This document shows positions 48,920 to 56,128 of a stretch of DNA of 60,552 nucleotides, one piece after another. The notes beneath the pieces are model-generated. The model was not told where the DNA came from and did not search any database. It worked only from the letters and a program-made list of their open reading frames with translations. The stretch is from positions 1 to 60,552 of the IMG/VR virus record IMGVR_UViG_3300048548_000571. One strand, written 5' to 3'. This DNA comes from a virus (taxonomy: Duplodnaviria > Caudoviricetes). Within the stretch, counting starts at the first letter, position 1. Every line of letters begins with the position of its first letter. Position numbers and translations under genes: made by a program.

Positions 48920-49602
48920 TGCTATTCAACATGATCCCAGACATCAGATACGATGTCAAACCAGTAAAGTATCCTTTCTCGGAATCAGATTTTGTAACTG
49001 CAAAGAACTTCTTCAGAAGATACAAACTAAACGATGATGTTTTTGATTATGCATTGTACTACAATAAGTATGCAATCATAGAGGGAGAACGCCTCGACAA
49101 TGTTGCTGAAAAATTCTATGACAATCCAAACTTTGATTGGATCATTGCAATCACAAACAACCTAGTCAATCCTCTGTTTGATTGGCCAATGGATGAGTAT
49201 ACTGTGAGGAAGTATGCTGAAAAGAAATATGATGATCCTTACTCCGAGATTTTATACTACGAGACCAGGGAAGTAAAGACTGATCAGACAATGATCTCTG
49301 ATGAAAGTTATCAAAGGAAAAAAGTTGTTGCTCTAGAGGGTGGTCTAAAAGTATCGAAGAAGTTCTACGACAGTTCTTTCACATACTTTGATGGGTCTAC
49401 CAATGTAACGGTGCCAGGTAGTTCTGTATCATATGCAGTGACTGCACTAGAGCATGAGATAAAAGAGAACGAAAAGAAAAGAGAAATTTATATCCTGAAG
49501 GGTGATTTGATTCCAGGATTTATCAACGAGTTTAAGTCTAAAAACAAGTACATCAAATCTTCAGACTACATTTCAGTTAAGCTTAAAAAAACGGGGGTGT
49601 GA
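48919..49602 (+). CDS. gp53: Baseplate wedge subunit
   Basis: KNFFRR, Y.IIEGERLD.VA.KFY....DWII..TN....P.FDWP, E..ENEKKR.I.IL. Confidence 0.88.
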   Translation: MLFNMIPDIRYDVKPVKYPFSESDFVTAKNFFRRYKLNDDVFDYALYYNKYAIIEGERLDNVAEKFYDNPNFDWIIAITNNLVNPLFDWPMDEYTVRKYAEKKYDDPYSEILYYETREVKTDQTMISDESYQRKKVVALEGGLKVSKKFYDSSFTYFDGSTNVTVPGSSVSYAVTALEHEIKENEKKREIYILKGDLIPGFINEFKSKNKYIKSSDYISVKLKKTGV

Positions 49603-49612
49603 CCCCCCGTTA
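49585..49612. terminator. Terminator between convergent gp53 and gp32
   Basis: AACGGGGG/CCCCCGTT stem with a T-run on the minus strand. Confidence 0.75.
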
Positions 49613-49618
49613 ATCTTA

Positions 49619-50521
49619 TCATTCTTCAGCGAGTCGCTGGAAGTATGAGAGTGCATCGTCATCGTCTGACTCACCAGTGGAGACAGTAGGTGCTGGTGCT
49701 TTGGGGGTGATATCAGGAGCGTTAAACCCACCAGTGGTAGGGATAGGATCCTCATCCTCCTCGTACTGTGCCTGTTGGACAGGACGTGAGACACCGAGCA
49801 CAGTATTCATACGGCTCTCGATCTCATCATATGCTTTGAATTGATCGGCAGTAGTGAATGCTTCCAGACTGTATGCTTGCTTCCAGAGTTGTTCCATCTC
49901 GTCATCATCAGCACTCAATGCAGAAGGTGCTGCGAACTCGGAAGCATCGTAGTTCCAATAACCACCAATGGTACGGATCTTCAGTTTGAAGTTAGCACCT
50001 TCCCACAGGTCAAAAGGATTGACAGGGGTTTCATCATCGAACTCGGGTTGCATTGCGGCAAGAACCTTGTCGTGGATCTTCTTGCCATACTTGTAGAGGA
50101 ACACCTTGCCTTCGTTGTCAGGATTAGCAGAATCCTTGACGACATAGATGTTGCTGTAGTAGGAGAGTTTACGCTTGCGATTGCGAGCGATCTCCTTGTC
50201 GCTCTCAACTCCACTGTTCCAGAGTTTGTTGTTGGCGGCACAGACAGGGCACTGCTCACCTTTAGTGGTGGGGCAGTTGTCGATCAACCAACCACCAGGA
50301 CCTTGGAAGGCGTGGTTGTAGAGCTTTGCCCAGGGGAGGGATTCACCCTCGGGTGCTGGCAGGAAACGGACGACGGCGTAACCATTACCAGTAGCGTCAA
50401 GTGCGGGCTTCCAGAGTCTCTCGTCGCCGCTGCTGTTTGCATTGGTGGACTTCTGAAGTTCCTTCTGGAGGAAATCAAAGTTGCTCTGGGACTTGCGCTT
50501 AAGTTCTGCGAAATTAGACAT
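49619..50521 (-). CDS. gp32: Single-stranded DNA-binding protein
   Basis: DERLWKP..D..GNGYAVVRFLP, HAFQGPGGW.I.NC.TT...CPVC, PFDLWEGANFKLKI, acidic tail. Confidence 0.96.
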   Translation of the reverse strand: MSNFAELKRKSQSNFDFLQKELQKSTNANSSGDERLWKPALDATGNGYAVVRFLPAPEGESLPWAKLYNHAFQGPGGWLIDNCPTTKGEQCPVCAANNKLWNSGVESDKEIARNRKRKLSYYSNIYVVKDSANPDNEGKVFLYKYGKKIHDKVLAAMQPEFDDETPVNPFDLWEGANFKLKIRTIGGYWNYDASEFAAPSALSADDDEMEQLWKQAYSLEAFTTADQFKAYDEIESRMNTVLGVSRPVQQAQYEEDEDPIPTTGGFNAPDITPKAPAPTVSTGESDDDDALSYFQRLAEE

Positions 50522-50571
50522 GGATGTTTTGGATGTTAGGATGTGGCTTATGTGACCCCCGTCACGATCGT

Positions 50572-50600
50572 ATTATAACACAGGCAGAAGTCGGGGTCAA
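50572..50600 (-). promoter_or_regulatory. Sigma70-type promoter of gp32
   Basis: TTGACC-N17-TATAAT. Confidence 0.8.
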
Positions 50601-50938
50601 TACCCTTCTGCCTTGAGTGTGTCTCTCATGACCTCGATCTTTTCGACCAGCTCATCAAAGACAACGTTAGCGTCCTCGTCTTCGGACGCCCCAAACATGA
50701 CAGCAGCTTGTTTAATGCTGTCTGCCATGTCAATTGCCTCGGGATCATCAGACAACTTCAGTCTAGTATAGAAGACCTTCTGCTTGACGATCATCTCTTG
50801 TAACACATCGAAATATTCTAGTTTTCTTTCGGGAGATAACGCAGGAAATGTCATCGCTGCTCTCATACAATACTCTTGCATGGTTGCAAGTTCTTGTAGG
50901 TCACCTTTGACCATCTCCGACTTAAAGAAATCAGTCAT
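50597..50938 (-). CDS. DUF1825-like protein
   Basis: FFKSEMV..., KQKVFYTRLKLSDDPEA pattern; usual neighbour of gp32/gp33. Confidence 0.7.
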   Translation of the reverse strand: MTDFFKSEMVKGDLQELATMQEYCMRAAMTFPALSPERKLEYFDVLQEMIVKQKVFYTRLKLSDDPEAIDMADSIKQAAVMFGASEDEDANVVFDELVEKIEVMRDTLKAEGY

Positions 50939-51180
50939 ACCAACAATAGTTTAGCTCTACTAGTTTTCTTAATGTAATTTAGTTTCTGTGCGTCGTACTT
51001 AAGTTTTTCCTTAAGTGGTTTGCTAATGAGTTTAGGAACTGATTCGATCTCAATGTCATGAGTCTCGCAGTAAAACACGATTGCATCAATGTAGTTCATT
51101 GCATTATCAAATGCAATTTTCTCTATGTCTTGAGAGAATTTTGCAGTAGTCATAAATTTATCCTCCAGTTTGTCTAGCAT
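50935..51180 (-). CDS. gp33: Late transcription co-activator
   Basis: FSQDIE, NYIDAIV.YCE...IE.E..PKLISKPLKEKLK.DA..LN. Confidence 0.9.
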   Translation of the reverse strand: MLDKLEDKFMTTAKFSQDIEKIAFDNAMNYIDAIVFYCETHDIEIESVPKLISKPLKEKLKYDAQKLNYIKKTSRAKLLLV

Positions 51181-51850
51181 ATTTTCCCTGGTATTCTTGG
51201 ATGTACTCTTGTAATTTGAAAAGATATTCTTTCTTGGGCGGCATAACTTTCACTTGAGTGTCACCATTTTCACAAGCAACAATAGTAACCAACTTCTTTA
51301 CTGACAAACCATATACTTCTTGCAGCATACATGCGTAGCCACATTCTTGTACAAAATAGTCGTAAAGGTATTGCTCCTTCTTCGGTGCTTCCGCTGTCTT
51401 GAAATCAATGATGGCAAGTTCCCCCTCATACTCTGCAATGCAGTCAACTCTTCCTGCAATTTGTAAATAATCAGAGTATAGTGCCGCCTCTTGTAGATAT
51501 ACCCTATTTATACGATCAAGAACTTCACGAGATGAATGAAACATGCACCAGGGAAGAGGCATGTCCTTGTACTTTGTGGTATCAAGTTCATTGTTGATGT
51601 AGTCTTCAACCAGTTTATGGTAGCGTGTACCTCTACCAGAAGCACGAGTAGATTTGGCTGTCGCTGCCTTGTCACCTACCCGTCTCCTCCATTTAGCTAG
51701 ACCTGCTTGTTTCTTTGAATTATTACCAATCACAGTGGTGATCGATGGATACTTACCACCAGTAGGGGTGACATAGTATCGCTTACCATCGATGGTTTCA
51801 GTTACCATCTCAACTGGTGTTAGATCACCAACATGATTAAAGATATTCAT
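51158..51850 (-). CDS. PD-(D/E)XK exonuclease
   Basis: YPSITTV, WRRRVG, RGT..H, IAGRVDCIAEY..ELAIIDFKT. Confidence 0.88.
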   Translation of the reverse strand: MNIFNHVGDLTPVEMVTETIDGKRYYVTPTGGKYPSITTVIGNNSKKQAGLAKWRRRVGDKAATAKSTRASGRGTRYHKLVEDYINNELDTTKYKDMPLPWCMFHSSREVLDRINRVYLQEAALYSDYLQIAGRVDCIAEYEGELAIIDFKTAEAPKKEQYLYDYFVQECGYACMLQEVYGLSVKKLVTIVACENGDTQVKVMPPKKEYLFKLQEYIQEYQGKYARQTGG

Positions 51851-52602
51851 TAAAGACCCAAGTTAATTTTACTAATGAGATAGGATTTGACTAGACCAGA
51901 ACGAACGATGTCTTCAATGTCATACTCGACTAGAGAAAACTCATCCATGTCCTGAAGAATACGTTGGAAGTCAATGATACCTGACTTCTCATTTGCTTTT
52001 TGCAAGTCAGACTGACGAGCATCACCACAGAACATGATCTTTGTGTCTTGACCACAGCGAGTCATGATTGAATCAAGTTCGTGGAAGTTTAAGTTCTGAC
52101 ATTCATCGATGATAACAATGGAGTTATCCAGTGTAGTACCACGGAGGAATGAGGTGGACCAGAATGATACAGTTTCTTGTGCCTTCAGATTTTCATACAG
52201 CATTTCAAAGCTGTTGTCATCAGGCATCTCGAACATGTATTTTACCATGTTCTTGTAAGGAATCTGATACAAAGATGCTTTATCTTCATGGGTTCCTGGT
52301 AGGAAACCGATCTCCCTCGTAGCGACCAAGGATCTAACGATATAAACTTTATCATATGGGGTGTCCTCATCTAATACATCACGGAGAGCAAGGTACAACG
52401 CAACAAATGTTTTACCTGTACCAGCACACCCATAAGCATAGATATTTTGCCCCTTACCATACTCATCAAACATCAATCTTTGATTGTCTGTGAGTGGTTC
52501 AATTGGTAGGAGATAGGAAGAATTGACAGGTTTCTTCCTTTTCATTTGCTTTGTAGACATACCATTAATGTCAGGTTGATTACGCTTTCTTGCTCTAGGC
52601 AT
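51850..52602 (-). CDS. phoH: PhoH-like ATPase
   Basis: GCAGTGKT, REIGFLPG, SFLRGTT, DECQN, GD..QSDL, IVRSGLV. Confidence 0.95.
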   Translation of the reverse strand: MPRARKRNQPDINGMSTKQMKRKKPVNSSYLLPIEPLTDNQRLMFDEYGKGQNIYAYGCAGTGKTFVALYLALRDVLDEDTPYDKVYIVRSLVATREIGFLPGTHEDKASLYQIPYKNMVKYMFEMPDDNSFEMLYENLKAQETVSFWSTSFLRGTTLDNSIVIIDECQNLNFHELDSIMTRCGQDTKIMFCGDARQSDLQKANEKSGIIDFQRILQDMDEFSLVEYDIEDIVRSGLVKSYLISKINLGL

Positions 52603-52605
52603 GGG

Positions 52606-52845
52606 TCACCACTCAATAGTTGAATTTCTGATTTTGGATGCACGAGTCATGATATCGTTCCATCCTGGATGAGTTTTACTCATCTTGTGTTTCCACTCAC
52701 CGACTTCACCAACACCAGCAACACCTGCTTGCCAGTCTTTATCCCAGTCAGGATTGGTCAGTCTCCATTGATCGTATTCTCTTACAGACATGTGGAGTTC
52801 TTTAGTCTCCCCAGTCTGGGTGTTCTTAACTGGATACGTCGGCAT
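52606..52845 (-). CDS. Small conserved protein (MPTYP N-terminus)
   Basis: MPTYPVKN..TGE pattern; upstream of phoH. Confidence 0.7.
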   Translation of the reverse strand: MPTYPVKNTQTGETKELHMSVREYDQWRLTNPDWDKDWQAGVAGVGEVGEWKHKMSKTHPGWNDIMTRASKIRNSTIEW

Positions 52846-53062
52846 CTTCTTCCTCCTCTTGTGGTTTCTTGTTGAATCCAAATGGTCCAACCTTTTCTTT
52901 AACTCGTTCCTTCATCACACAACCAGTCAGTGCCTCCATTACTTTCAGCACGTCTTCTGCTTTTGTGGGTCCTGGTCCAAGTCGTTCTACAACGTAGTTA
53001 TACTTCGCGAAGAACTCATCACTTACATTTTTGTAATCATCAACTGTGATTGGTTCAGTCAT
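52826..53062 (-). CDS. Hypothetical protein
   Basis: ORF coupled (ATGA) to the thyX stop. Confidence 0.65.
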   Translation of the reverse strand: MTEPITVDDYKNVSDEFFAKYNYVVERLGPGPTKAEDVLKVMEALTGCVMKERVKEKVGPFGFNKKPQEEEEDADVSS

Positions 53063-53694
53063 TGCCATTCTAAAGCCTCGGATACTGTAGGGAATTGTTC
53101 AATAAAGATTTTGCGAGCACCTTCTGCAATGTCCATGTGTTCTTTCTGTGTACCATGTGCCGAGCGAAGATCGATATAATGGATCCATGATCTGCATGAG
53201 CCTGTCATGTAGATTTTTGTTGGCACGGCGAGGGGTAGTACAAAACGAGCACACTCCTTTGCAATTGATGCGTCAAGCATTTGCTTGTAGAGTTTCATTC
53301 CTGCATCAAAGTGCTGTTGCATTTTGATCTGGAACTCTTGACGGACAAAGGGATCGATATCATCAATAGAGTTCTGTCGATTCTTTGTGTCCTGTCGTCG
53401 CAAGTCAGGTAGTGGGATCTCGCCTAGCAGAGATGAGTCTGCATAGCGTTGGGAAAACTCTTGAAATGTGAACGAACGGTGACGCAGCACTTGAGCTGCT
53501 ACACCGCGTGTTGTATTTATCTCAAGCGTCATGTATGCCTGTTCAAAGACAGACCAGTGCTGATGTTGTACGCAATACTTAAGGAGTCCCGCTACCTTCG
53601 GGTTCTCCTGGTTCGCTGGATTGCTCACCCTCGCTACGTACCCCATCGTCTGCTCCGCCTCGGGAGTCACGCTTACGAGATTCACTGATGTCAT
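53059..53694 (-). CDS. thyX: Flavin-dependent thymidylate synthase
   Basis: HWSVFE, QVLRHRSFTFQEFSQRY (RHRx7SxR), ECARFVLP, R...GTQKEH. Confidence 0.96.
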   Translation of the reverse strand: MTSVNLVSVTPEAEQTMGYVARVSNPANQENPKVAGLLKYCVQHQHWSVFEQAYMTLEINTTRGVAAQVLRHRSFTFQEFSQRYADSSLLGEIPLPDLRRQDTKNRQNSIDDIDPFVRQEFQIKMQQHFDAGMKLYKQMLDASIAKECARFVLPLAVPTKIYMTGSCRSWIHYIDLRSAHGTQKEHMDIAEGARKIFIEQFPTVSEALEWQ

Positions 53695-53851
53695 ACCCAA
53701 ATCCTTTTCGTTTCTGTTCGTTTTTGATTAGTGCTCGTTCAAGCATTGCATCATAAAGATCACTCACCCCTGTCTGAATTTCTTCAGAAGTCATGGTGTT
53801 GATGTTTTTCATTGCTTTCTTCAGTCGCCTGACCTTTGATAGCTTCTTCAT
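53579..53851 (-). CDS. Hypothetical basic protein; C-terminal part overlaps thyX
   Basis: ORF fills the gap; contains KGFG motif, then runs ~115 nt into thyX. Confidence 0.5.
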   Translation of the reverse strand: MKKLSKVRRLKKAMKNINTMTSEEIQTGVSDLYDAMLERALIKNEQKRKGFGYDISESRKRDSRGGADDGVRSEGEQSSEPGEPEGSGTP

Positions 53852-53868
53852 ATTATATCATAGATTGG

Positions 53869-54036
53869 TTAGTCTGCATAGCCATCATCGTCTCCATCGT
53901 ATCTAGCATAAGCAGCTGACACATCATGGCGATCCGATTTGATGTATGCATTGGGGTCGGAATAGATCTCTGCTTCTAAAGCATTGAGCAAAGACTTAAG
54001 ATTCTTGTGGATTAATTTTAATCTCTCTCTGTCCAT
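53869..54036 (-). CDS. Small conserved cyanophage protein (55 aa, not in track)
   Basis: MDRERLKLIHKNLKSLLNALEAEIYSDPNAYIKSDRHDVSAAYARYDGDDDGYAD; GGGAG SD. Confidence 0.72.
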   Translation of the reverse strand: MDRERLKLIHKNLKSLLNALEAEIYSDPNAYIKSDRHDVSAAYARYDGDDDGYAD

Positions 54037-54065
54037 GTGTACTCCCTTTAATTATATAGTAGCAT

Positions 54066-54090
54066 AAAAAAAGAGGGGTTGCAACCCCTC
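54066..54090 (-). terminator. Rho-independent terminator
   Basis: GAGGGG-TTGCAA-CCCCTC-TTTTTTT. Confidence 0.85.
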
Positions 54091-54098
54091 CGAAAGTA

Positions 54099-54272
54099 TT
54101 ACATTAAGATTCTTCTGCAGATTCTCTTACATTGTGTCTGGTTTAGCGCGTCACATTCAATTAGACATTCATAGTAGTCATCTAGTTTTTGATTTTCTGT
54201 TTGTAGATTGTCAAGTGTGTCTTCTAGATGTCTCCATTCGTCAAGTTGATTTCGTGACAGTAGTGTGTGCAT
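54099..54272 (-). CDS. Small Cys-rich protein (CxxxC..CxxxC)
   Basis: MHTLLSRNQLDEW...DYYECLIECDALNQTQCKRICRRILM; GGAGG SD. Confidence 0.72.
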   Translation of the reverse strand: MHTLLSRNQLDEWRHLEDTLDNLQTENQKLDDYYECLIECDALNQTQCKRICRRILM

Positions 54273-54345
54273 ATCCACCTCCAATTCGACTGATCAAATA
54301 ATATAGAGAGGGGGTTTGGTTCATGACTACCTCCGATAATGCTAT

Positions 54346-54376
54346 ATTATATAGGACTATTGTAGTAGATATTACA
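54346..54376 (-). promoter_or_regulatory. NtcA box next to a TATAAT -10 element
   Basis: TGTA-ATATCTAC-TACA (54361-54376); TATAAT at 54346-54351. Confidence 0.65.
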
Positions 54377-54396
54377 GTTGTTTGATGTGTTACCAC

Positions 54397-54425
54397 AAAA
54401 AAAGAGAGGTAACGATACCTCTCTT
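54397..54425 (-). terminator. Rho-independent terminator ending the riboswitch-led operon
   Basis: AAGAGAGGTA/TACCTCTCTT stem plus T-run. Confidence 0.82.
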
Positions 54426-54444
54426 AACGAAAACGTATTAAGTT

Positions 54445-54603
54445 TTATTGATTCACTTTCCAGCTGGACGTGCCTCGTGATTTTAGATAAACCATTTTGG
54501 CATATGTTATACCACGATAAGTCAAGAGTCTAAAGACTTTATCTGGATCGTGTTTAGCAGAATCATAGACTGGAAGATCATATTCAAATCTGATCTTCAG
54601 CAT
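54445..54603 (-). CDS. DUF4278-like small protein (52 aa, not in track)
   Basis: MLKIRFEYDLP...LLTYRGITYAK; YRGxxY motif. Confidence 0.62.
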   Translation of the reverse strand: MLKIRFEYDLPVYDSAKHDPDKVFRLLTYRGITYAKMVYLKSRGTSSWKVNQ

Positions 54604-54611
54604 CTTTCCCC

Positions 54612-54707
54612 CTACATCTTTTGTAGGAGGAGGATCTCACCGTAAAGTAATGCGATGAATGCTGCACAACCTAGGGATGTTACTCCAACTAATTGTAGTG
54701 CTTGCAT
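54612..54707 (-). CDS. 31-aa hydrophobic peptide (not in track)
   Basis: MQALQLVGVTSLGCAAFIALLYGEILLLQKM; fills the gap between neighbouring genes. Confidence 0.5.
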   Translation of the reverse strand: MQALQLVGVTSLGCAAFIALLYGEILLLQKM

Positions 54708-54712
54708 GTCGA

Positions 54713-54880
54713 TCACTTAACGTAGGTGCGACCGCGATAGCAGAATGTGCCATGAGCTTCCTTGCTTTCTACACAACGCTGATCGTACCCAACACCACGG
54801 TAAGAGGTGTGAGTGATTTGTGCGTCGTGAAGTGCCGCTGCCTTCTGGATCTGCTTCTTGATGAGAGTTAAGGTGTTCAT
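54713..54880 (-). CDS. DUF4278-like protein (55 aa, not in track)
   Basis: MNTLTLIKKQIQKAAALHDAQITHTSYRGVGYDQRCVESKEAHGTFCYRGRTYVK; two YRGxxY motifs; AGAGGA SD. Confidence 0.75.
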   Translation of the reverse strand: MNTLTLIKKQIQKAAALHDAQITHTSYRGVGYDQRCVESKEAHGTFCYRGRTYVK

Positions 54881-54915
54881 GAGTATGTCCTCTGAAGTTA
54901 GGGTGGTTTAATCCC

Positions 54916-55131
54916 CGTTCCTTCAGTCGTTTGCGTCCCAATCCAACCACCTATTCGTGATCAGACCAATACCAATCACATTCTGGGTTTGATTCCTTTA
55001 CGGTATCAACCAACTCGATCTTCAATACATCGTCGATGTATTTGTTTGCCCGAATCCTCAACATGATAGCATCGGTTTGCTGGCATGATAGAGTTGTATA
55101 CAGAAGTAATTCTGGTATCATGGGATGAACG
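54916..55131 (-). promoter_or_regulatory. Glutamine riboswitch-like aptamer 2 (glnA/Downstream-peptide class) with an ORF-sized P2 loop
   Basis: CGTTCA-TCCCA ... TGGGA-CGCAAA-CGACT-GAAG-GAACG; P1 CGTTC/GAACG. Confidence 0.75.
54951..55121 (-). CDS. 56-aa two-Cys protein nested in aptamer 2 (not in track)
   Basis: MIPELLLYTTLSCQQTDAIMLRIRANKYIDDVLKIELVDTVKESNPECDWYWSDHE; aligns with 55157-55357. Confidence 0.72.
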   Translation of the reverse strand: MIPELLLYTTLSCQQTDAIMLRIRANKYIDDVLKIELVDTVKESNPECDWYWSDHE

Positions 55132-55134
55132 CTC

Positions 55135-55367
55135 CGTTCCGCGACTTACTTGCGTCTTATGTATAAGATCCTTCGCACTGACCTTCCACTTTTGTCTTGA
55201 GATATCCAATTAAAGCCCACTTCGACCGTTGGTCTAGGTTGGGATCCATCTGAATTTCCACACGACGTTGGAGGAACCTTTCACATGACATGTGCCACCC
55301 GTAGGGGGAACCGTCTTGATGATGGGCAAGGGTCAATGCCAGTAGGATACTGATCATAAGATGAACG
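55135..55367 (-). promoter_or_regulatory. Glutamine riboswitch-like aptamer 1 with an ORF-sized P2 loop
   Basis: CGTTCA-TCTTATG ... CATAAGA-CGCAAGTA-AGTCG-CG-GAACG. Confidence 0.75.
55157..55357 (-). CDS. 66-aa two-Cys protein nested in aptamer 1
   Basis: Hydrophobic N-terminus, SC-x35-C; ATG and TAA lie in the two arms of P2. Confidence 0.75.
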   Translation of the reverse strand: MISILLALTLAHHQDGSPYGWHMSCERFLQRRVEIQMDPNLDQRSKWALIGYLKTKVEGQCEGSYT

Positions 55368-55375
55368 ATTGCTAT

Positions 55376-55405
55376 AGTATAGCACTACTATATAGCATTT
55401 GTCAA
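55376..55405 (-). promoter_or_regulatory. Sigma70-type promoter of the riboswitch transcript
   Basis: TTGACA-N18-TATACT, 8 nt before aptamer 1. Confidence 0.7.
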
Positions 55406-55406
55406 A

Positions 55407-55422
55407 TGTATCGACTGTTACA
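55407..55422. promoter_or_regulatory. NtcA binding site
   Basis: TGTA-ACAGTCGA-TACA (minus strand), abutting the -35 hexamer. Confidence 0.7.
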
Positions 55423-55427
55423 TTTAA

Positions 55428-55694
55428 CTATTTTTTATTCTTTGGTGGTTCGTTAGGGTCCACCCAAAGTTTGGGGTTGGCTCTCCCCTCTGTCTGTGTC
55501 ATGGTAACAAAGTCTTTACCATACATGTCCCAGTAGTGATCAAAGATATCCACACGTCCAGGAGCAGTTACGATATCAAACTTGGTGATACCATCTTGAG
55601 AATACTCTACCATGTAAGCAGAGTATGGAAGACTGCGATCCTGGCAAAGGGTAGGATCACATTCCTGATGCAGCATCTTGATTCCTTTTCCCAT
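55428..55694 (-). CDS. Conserved hypothetical cyanophage protein
   Basis: Start MGKGIK, overlapping the upstream stop codon. Confidence 0.7.
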   Translation of the reverse strand: MGKGIKMLHQECDPTLCQDRSLPYSAYMVEYSQDGITKFDIVTAPGRVDIFDHYWDMYGKDFVTMTQTEGRANPKLWVDPNEPPKNKK

Positions 55695-56128
55695 CAGCCG
55701 CGATTCCCCCATTGAATGTGAGGGAATGCCTCGGACACCACTGCTTTGGTGATCTTCCAACGCTTACCCAGTTTCTTATCCTTGACCAGAGTCAGAACCT
55801 CTGCTTCACCAGCAGTCAGACCCTCTAGCATCTGGATGAACAGTTCCTCACGTCGGGACTGTTTAAGGGTGCTGCTACCGCCCTTGAAGAAGAGATACAG
55901 CTTTCGGTACTCTTTCTCCAGGACCGAGTGTTCCGTCCCTTCAGGGGCATCGTTGACGGTGTAGGGGACCTCTCCTGGTGGCAGCATGCTGACGATGCTC
56001 TCGTCAAAGTTTGCAATCAAGAGAGCACGAAGGGCATTAGTATTGTATTGCAATAGCAACTTCTTCTTCTCTGCCTTGGTCTTCGCATTGCTCACTTTCT
56101 GGAGCACTTCATTAATAAGCAAATTCAT
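55694..56128 (-). CDS. Conserved T4-like phage protein downstream of rnh
   Basis: I.EVL.KVS.AKTK, LPPG.VPY, RREELFIQMLEGL...EAEVL..VKDKKL. Confidence 0.78.
   Translation of the reverse strand: MNLLINEVLQKVSNAKTKAEKKKLLLQYNTNALRALLIANFDESIVSMLPPGEVPYTVNDAPEGTEHSVLEKEYRKLYLFFKGGSSTLKQSRREELFIQMLEGLTAGEAEVLTLVKDKKLGKRWKITKAVVSEAFPHIQWGNRG

Noticed and set aside
49841-50539. 232-aa plus-strand ORF
   Set aside because: Antisense shadow of gp32 with no recognisable motifs
54717-54950. Track ORF MVGLGRKRLKERG...
   Set aside because: Reads through the aptamer in another frame; the SD-led YRG-motif ORF 54713-54880 is the better call
55006-55209. Track ORF MDISRQKWK...
   Set aside because: Off-frame overlap of two better-supported paralogous ORFs
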